From Octopus vulgaris (taxonomy: Eukaryota), in assembly GCA_951406725.2 (NCBI GenBank), contig OX597840.1, positions 19,778,001 through 19,842,000 of the forward strand: DNA of 64,000 nt. Reading direction: 5' to 3'. Positions 57,185 through 64,000 of this stretch are shown piece by piece. Position numbers and translations under genes: made by a program. The notes below the pieces were generated by a model. The model had not been told where the DNA came from and did not search any database. It saw nothing but the letters and a program-made list of their open reading frames with translations. Positions within the stretch are counted from its first letter, which is position 1, and each line of letters starts with the position of its first letter.

Positions 57185-57639
57185 GAATAAATAAATGGAG
57201 TTTAACTTAAAAGTAAAAATATTTGATTTACACCTGCGTTAAACTCCATTTATTCATCTATAATTCAAAATATTCCACGTAAACACGAAGTTTCTACCTT
57301 TATAAACAAGGAGTTACAACATCTTTACTTGTGAGATTTGTTGCTACCCTGGTAACTAATTTTTCCGTGTTAATCGTTGACAAGGTAAAAATACACTCAT
57401 CTATATATATATATATATATATAGATGAGTGTATTTATTTTAATAATTTTTTTATATTTTACTTTTATATTTTTAAATTAATTTTATGTATTGGCTTGTT
57501 TTTCACTGATATGCCTAATAGTGGTTTTATCTCTAATTTAATATTATATATATATATATATATATATGTGGTGTGTGTGTATGTATATATATATATATAT
57601 GTGTGGTGTGTATATGTATATATATAATGTGTGTGTATG

Positions 57640-57678
<39 letters not shown>

Positions 57679-57770
57679 ATATATATATATACACATGTGT
57701 ATTTGTAATATAAAGAAATTTGCCTGTGCTCGCTATACAGGCATCATAAACATTACATGCATATATTTTA

Positions 57771-57806
<36 letters not shown>

Positions 57807-58293
57807 TCAACACGCACTCATTCTATGTACGTAAATTTGAAAATCCACGTGCGGACCTTTAATTATTAAGCGTTCACTCCCCCACCCCCGCCCCTCGTCG
57901 CAGTCCCGCGTCTGCACAGCGATGCGCACACGCGCGCCCTTTTTATTTACTTATTTTCCAGTTGTAAGAAGCACATGCAACATTTTAATAATAACCAACG
58001 CACGAGGTGTACGAATGGCGCGAAAATGCAACGCTTTTCATTCAACCCCTTAACAGCAGAATATACGTGCGCGCGCGCTAATATACGCGTGCGTGTATGT
58101 GTATTTTTTCTATATATATATATATATATAATATATATATATAAATTACATGTAGAACTTCACTTCTGTAGCATTTTATATCGAACACAAATGCACATAC
58201 GTGTATATGCAGATATAAATACACATGTATATATATATATAGTTATATAAATACACAACTATATATACATACAAGATATTATATACACACGGT

Positions 58294-58330
<37 letters not shown>

Positions 58331-60394
58331 CTATCAATATATGTATAGATATATATGCAGTGTCCCAGCCTGACAAACAGCGTTACAAGGACCACCACTC
58401 CGCCGTTTAATATCTATGCCAAACCTTTTGCATTTTCGCCCCGTCAAATGACCCACAAAGGTACTTTTCTGGGAATTTTTAAATAGTTAAAGGTCGAAAC
58501 CAATCAATGGTTTGGGGTTCGATACCTCAACGCGTCACTTGGCGCGTGCCAAGTATATACTCTATGCTGCAACCCCGGGCCATCTAGAGCATCTCACGGT
58601 TTTAAAAACGGTGTTGGTTAGATTACGTCCACGCAATCTGGCAAACCTCACCTTGCATGTATATAGCACGCTTGATAAACAGACCACTGAAATTTTTTCA
58701 TCACTTACTCTTGGCCGATTTAAATATCTACCAAAACCCGATCCCTGTCAACAACTAAATATAGTAGTTTCGTAAATTCCGTCTTCAGTTCAACAGCAGC
58801 TGGGGAGGTAAATAGCTAACACTTAGAACAGAAACCATTTAGACGAACCATCTATATAAACCTAATTTATGTAGTATTTTTATTCTTCAGTAAACATACC
58901 AATATATTTTGAACTCTCATTTGTATTACTTCATAGCACCGACTTAGCTTAGAATTCGTCATGGAACTCTAAAACCACCTGACGCAAAGGTTTAATGCTA
59001 AGTGTCGAAATCGTGATGAGATTTGGTCGACAAATGAAGGAGTGAGTAATCCCTGTTTGTCGTCCCTATTATCATAACATATGCACATTTATATATAAAT
59101 GCAATTATGTGTGCATTGCAACCACGTGCTTTTTTTAGATTTAGTAACTGCGCGGCGGCATTTTGGGAAATAAGCGACCAAATGTCCCTTGTACGAGTTT
59201 CGTGGACGGAAACTAGTGAACCCATATTTATATGGGCTAGTTGATTATCCGTTTACCTCACCACTTGACAAGCGCTGTAGGTTTATTTACGTCTAACATA
59301 GCAGTTCAGAATAGAAAACTATTAGAAATAGGCCCACCGGGTTGTAAAAACAAAAACAGTAATGATGGTTGTATGTGTTTATACACACGAAAATTGTGGT
59401 GCTACAGCATGGCCTGTCACACGAAAGTATAATATTCCTTGAATTCCCCCCTTGCAAAAAAAAAAAAACCACTGCTTGGAACGAAAAGAATTTATTTTTT
59501 CCTTACAGAGTAAAAAAAAATATTTTTGCGGAAATATTTTTTTTTTTAAACTTTGATTAAAAAATTGTAAACAGGATGAAATAAAGCTAAAAGGAGTGAG
59601 GAAAATATTGAATATATTCCTAAAACCTGTTTTTAAGCTTCCTAACTAATCCCTTTCCTAAATGTATAAATTTTTACAGTGAATGGAGATGAAGGAATGT
59701 AAAGAGAAAGAAGAGAACTAGGCAGAGCGGCAGAAGGGGATGCTAAGACGAAGCAGAGACACGTCGCCATTTTATTTGCGATCTGCTTAGGCAAAAAAAC
59801 CACCTGTAAAGAAAAAGTTTTTTAAAACTCACTAAAAGTTTTATATTAACAAAGAAACTGGGGGAAAAATGTATTCTATATTTGTGATTATTGTATATTA
59901 AAAGTGGGGGGAAAATTCTGTCTTAAATGTGGTTTATATAATATTTTATATATATATATAGCCTAAAAAATATCTAACCTAAATTCTGTCTCTAACCTTT
60001 TCTAACATAATGGAAAGATGTGCGCACACACACACGCACAGGCATTCTTGTACAGTCAACTTTGAAAACTGTTAACCTACTTTCAACCTATATCTTATAT
60101 AGCAAGCTAAGTCCAGAAAATATTCAATGGACGTCTGTGAGTGTATATGTGTGGAGGAGGTTTTTATGTGAATATTAAATGCAAAATTTTCTAGTTTTAC
60201 TTAATAATATTCTACGGTATTTTAAAATTTCTAGTAAAAGTGCTTTTTTAATTTGTGACTTAATTAAGACGGAAGTATAAAACTAATTAAAGCTTTTTAA
60301 TATAAACAACCACTTTTAAAACAGATGCAAGCACAACCAAGCAGTATTGTGTGTGTGTATATATTATATATATATATACATATGTATATAATAC

Positions 60395-60570
60395 ATTATA
60401 CATGTACATATATATTATACATGTACATATATATTATACATGTACATATTTATTATACATGTACATATATATTATACATGTACATATATATTATACATGT
60501 ACATATATATTATACATGTACATATATATTATACATGTACATATTTATTATACATGTACATATATATTAT
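60395..60570. repeat. 19-bp minisatellite (ATTATACATGTACATATAT) x ~9
   Basis: Directly visible. The unit contains the palindrome TACATGTA; two units carry a single-base variant. Confidence 0.9.
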
Positions 60571-62786
60571 ATATACAAACACACAGGCGTGTACATGTAC
60601 AGAAATGGTACAGGCAAACGCGCGCATATTTACCACATGTACACATGGAGGACAAGTTATATTTAATCGAACTGTATTTTAACCTATTTCTAAACAATCT
60701 TTATCTAAAAGCTCTCACAATCAGTTCGCTCCAAATTTTTAATATTCGGTCTATGATAAAACCAGTAAACATTTTGTGAATCATCTACCATCACCACTAC
60801 CACCACAACATGAACACCACGAATATATGTTTAAAAATAAAGTGTTTCCCCCAACCCTCGTTACTATAAAATTCTTAATCGGGGAAAAAAAAAAGTGACC
60901 ATAATTTTTACAGACCCCAATTTTTAATTTTAAACCCTGTTTACAAACTTTTCTCTCTATTATGTATAAAATTTATGAAAACGAAAAGTTCGTTAAAAGT
61001 AGGTTATGGTTTTATTTTATTTTTCTTCAGCCAGAATAGTCACGACTGGGTATCAGGAAGGGTCCTGCTTAGCCAGAGGGGTCACGCTGGGGCCTTACTT
61101 AAATAAACATTGACAGGTTTAGGCCTAATTAATTCATACCAGACCCCTATAACTTGAAAAGAATTCCATAGGAGATAGAATTTATTCTCTGAAGTAGACA
61201 GGCTCGCGAAAACACAATTATATATATACTAACTATAATTAATTAATCTTAGAAAAAGGGGGAAAGATATGAGGGAGGGCGGTTGTTTGGGGTTTTTTGT
61301 TTGAAAACTTTTAAGATTAAGCAGTCGAGCGAACTGGCGGGAAATAGTTTTGAGGGATTAAGAAAAAAAGGTGGGGGAGACTTTTATATTTAGAAAAATA
61401 CTTCCTTGCTTTTTATAAAGATTGGGAGGGCGATTTTAGATGGACATTAACATATGTATGTATATATGTGTGTGTGTGTATGTATGTATGTATATATATA
61501 TAATTATTATAAGGATTGGTTGTATATATAAGGATTTTATTTCAGGACAAATGCAGAGGTGTGGATGGTGTGTGTGTGTGTGTGTAGAATGTATGTTAGA
61601 AGGCAGAGTGAAGAGATATTTTAGATGTGAGACATGAAAAAAAAGTTATTGAAAACTTTGCTTAAGTTGACAACTAGGAACGAAATGGAAGTAGAACAAA
61701 TGAGAGAGGGCGGAGGGAAAGAATAGGTAGTAATAGAGAGGGGGAAAGGAGAAAGAGTGATTGTTAGGTTGCGAGGGAGAACGGGAGGGAAAAGAAGGAA
61801 GGTAATTGAGAGCGGGGGGGAAAGGAAGAATGATGGTTGTTTGTGTGAGGAGAAGTGGGAAGTGATAAATGCGTGGAGGTTGCGAAGAGAAGTGAGAGAG
61901 CGGAAATCTAGGAGTGGATGTTGAAAGCTATGTGGAGTGGTGGTAAGAGGGAGAGAGATAAATGATAAGAGAAACGTGGTGACAGAGAGAGAGGGGGAAA
62001 TGGAGCGATAGAGAGAAAGCAGTGTGGGGGAAGGGAGAATGGAAATAAAGAAGAGGAAGTTTAAAGCGACAGAGAACTTTATAAGTAGATAGAATAAGAG
62101 AATAAGGGAGAAAGAGAGTAAAAAGGGAAGGGGAGTAAGAGGACATAGAGAGAGAGGGGTTATCATTAAAGATGATTAGAGAAGGGTGACAAAGAGAGGG
62201 TGAGTAATAGAGAAAGGGAGAGGAGAGAGGGAGTTGGGTGACTAAAAGTTATAGAGGAAGGTGGAGGGTGAAGTGATTAAAAGTTGTTGAAGTTTGCTGT
62301 TTTCTAATTTCTGATGAAGTTGACAAGTGGTGTGTGTGTGTGTATAGATAGATATATGTGTATGTGTGTATATATATGTATGTGTGTATATTATATATAC
62401 ATACACTAAAATTTTCAACGTGCTTGTTATCGTGGTGCGAATTTTAATGTGATGAGAGATGGTGCGCATGTTTACTTACATGTGCGTGAGCGCTATCTAC
62501 ATGTTAGTTAAATGTACGGTGTATATATATATATATATATGCGTATATATATATATACACAGCGTACATTTAGCATGTATATATATATATAACATCACAT
62601 GTGTATGTGTATAGAATCACATATGCGTATTATATATATATAGTGTGAGAGTATATATGTGTGTATATATATATGTGTGTGTAAGAGTATATATATATAT
62701 ACATACATACACAATTTATATGCAAGTGTAACTATTTCTGACTATAAAAATCATGTAAAACTTATATACTTATATATATATGTGTA

Positions 62787-62817
<31 letters not shown>

Positions 62818-62861
62818 CAACTATGTACACTGTGTGTGTATAAATCTGTACACAACAGTAC

Positions 62862-62899
<38 letters not shown>

Positions 62900-63142
62900 G
62901 TGTGTAACATGTATATACAGCACTTTACCCGTATGTACACGTGTGTGTATGTATATATATATATATATATATATACATACATACATACATACACACGCAC
63001 ATGTGTAGAGTTGACAGTCTCACAGTTGGGCGACAGAAAGATAAAAAATAGGGGCGGGATTTAGGGAGACGGTTAGAAGCAAATGTCTAGCGTTACTGTG
63101 CGGCCGAGGTTGATACATTCGTTATATAGAAATTTCTCACAA

Positions 63143-63179
<37 letters not shown>

Positions 63180-63358
63180 GGTGTGTGCTGAGACCAAAAT
63201 GTTGGCTAAGGGGAGGTTGTGGGTGTATATATGTGCGTGTATATGTATATATATGCGTGTACAGCCATGTGACGTGTATATATATATGTTAGACTAGTTT
63301 AAATTGCCTGTAGCTATGTGGAGTGACAGCTCTATACACGATATATAAACTTGATGAA

Positions 63359-63392
<34 letters not shown>

Positions 63393-63588
63393 ATATACAT
63401 ACATACATATACAGAGGATATGTGAGTTGTGTGTATAGGTACTTTGCGACACAACAGGCGTATTATAAACACTTTGAACAGTGACCTAGTGTATTTAGAC
63501 ATGTACATATACACCCAGTGTTATATACTTGTATACACATCACGCTTAACGTCCCGAGCTCCAATGCTGGCATGGGTTAGAATACATA

Positions 63589-63662
<74 letters not shown>

Positions 63663-63864
63663 CTCACATTTCCACAAGAGAAATGTATAAGTCACGTTTA
63701 TATGCACAGATAGGTTGGAATTATAGAACATATCAACCTGTGTATATATGTATAGATACACATATATATATATATACACACACACATATATATATATATT
63801 TTAAAGGTGTAGCGTTTGTAAGAGTATAGATTGAATTAATATATATGTTCCATTCTAGCAAAAA

Positions 63865-63902
63865 CTGTCTGATGAACGGCAACGAGAAACTCAGAGTAAC
63901 AG
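63865..63902 (+). ncRNA. Minimal type I hammerhead ribozyme motif (canonical core) in a ~140 bp dispersed element (63858-64000)
   Basis: CUGU-CUGAUGA-ACG(GCAA)CGA-GAAA-CUC(A)GAG-UA|ACAG. Stem I CUGU/ACAG; predicted cleavage after 63898; AATAAA ~30 nt downstream. Confidence 0.75.
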
Positions 63903-64000
63903 ATTTTGTTGAATTTTCTGCTGCTTTTAAATAAAGCATATTACTCTACCACTGGTATTTGAGTACTCTTTTTTCCACCTTGTTTCACATTTATGTGTTT

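Larger units (their letters stand above)
53545..64000 (-). other. Probable long intron of the Tis11-like gene; first exon or promoter not identified and probably beyond the window
   Basis: No credible coding ORF upstream of the acceptor. Vertebrate ZFP36 genes have a short first coding exon followed by one large exon (established). Confidence 0.55.

Noticed and set aside
59640-59770. Possible first exon starting at aaaATGGCG (minus strand)
   Set aside because: The peptide does not resemble a TIS11 N-terminus and I found no convincing in-frame donor before the stop.

Overview
Eukaryotic, AT-rich genomic DNA saturated with microsatellites and SINEs. The repeat families and style point to a coleoid cephalopod, probably Octopus (inference). 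Nearly all ORFs in the supplied track are translations of (TA)n/(CA)n/(TATG)n/(GGT)n/(TAA)n repeats. The one well-supported gene is a minus-strand TIS11/ZFP36 (tristetraprolin-family) tandem CCCH zinc-finger gene. Its large coding exon is 53544-51526, it has an upstream intron (first exon not found in the window), and it appears to have a SINE-free 3' UTR of about 8.6 kb ending near an AATAAA at 42887-42892. Two signals stand out. First, that UTR holds seven same-strand miR-133 seed matches within 3.2 kb, plus miR-124 sites, AU-rich elements and a hairpin-forming tandem duplication. Second, more than 15 short elements embedded in (TA)n tracts carry minimal type I hammerhead-ribozyme motifs with tiny or palindromic stem III. 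They fall into several sequence families, some with compensatory stem changes, and are most likely Penelope-like pLTR or retrozyme-type elements. The rest of the window is tRNA-derived SINEs (one head with three different tails), two non-autonomous Helitrons, a Tc1/mariner-type MITE and LINE fragments (CR1-like, Tx1-like, R4/Dong-like). All calls were made by eye and repeat boundaries are approximate.
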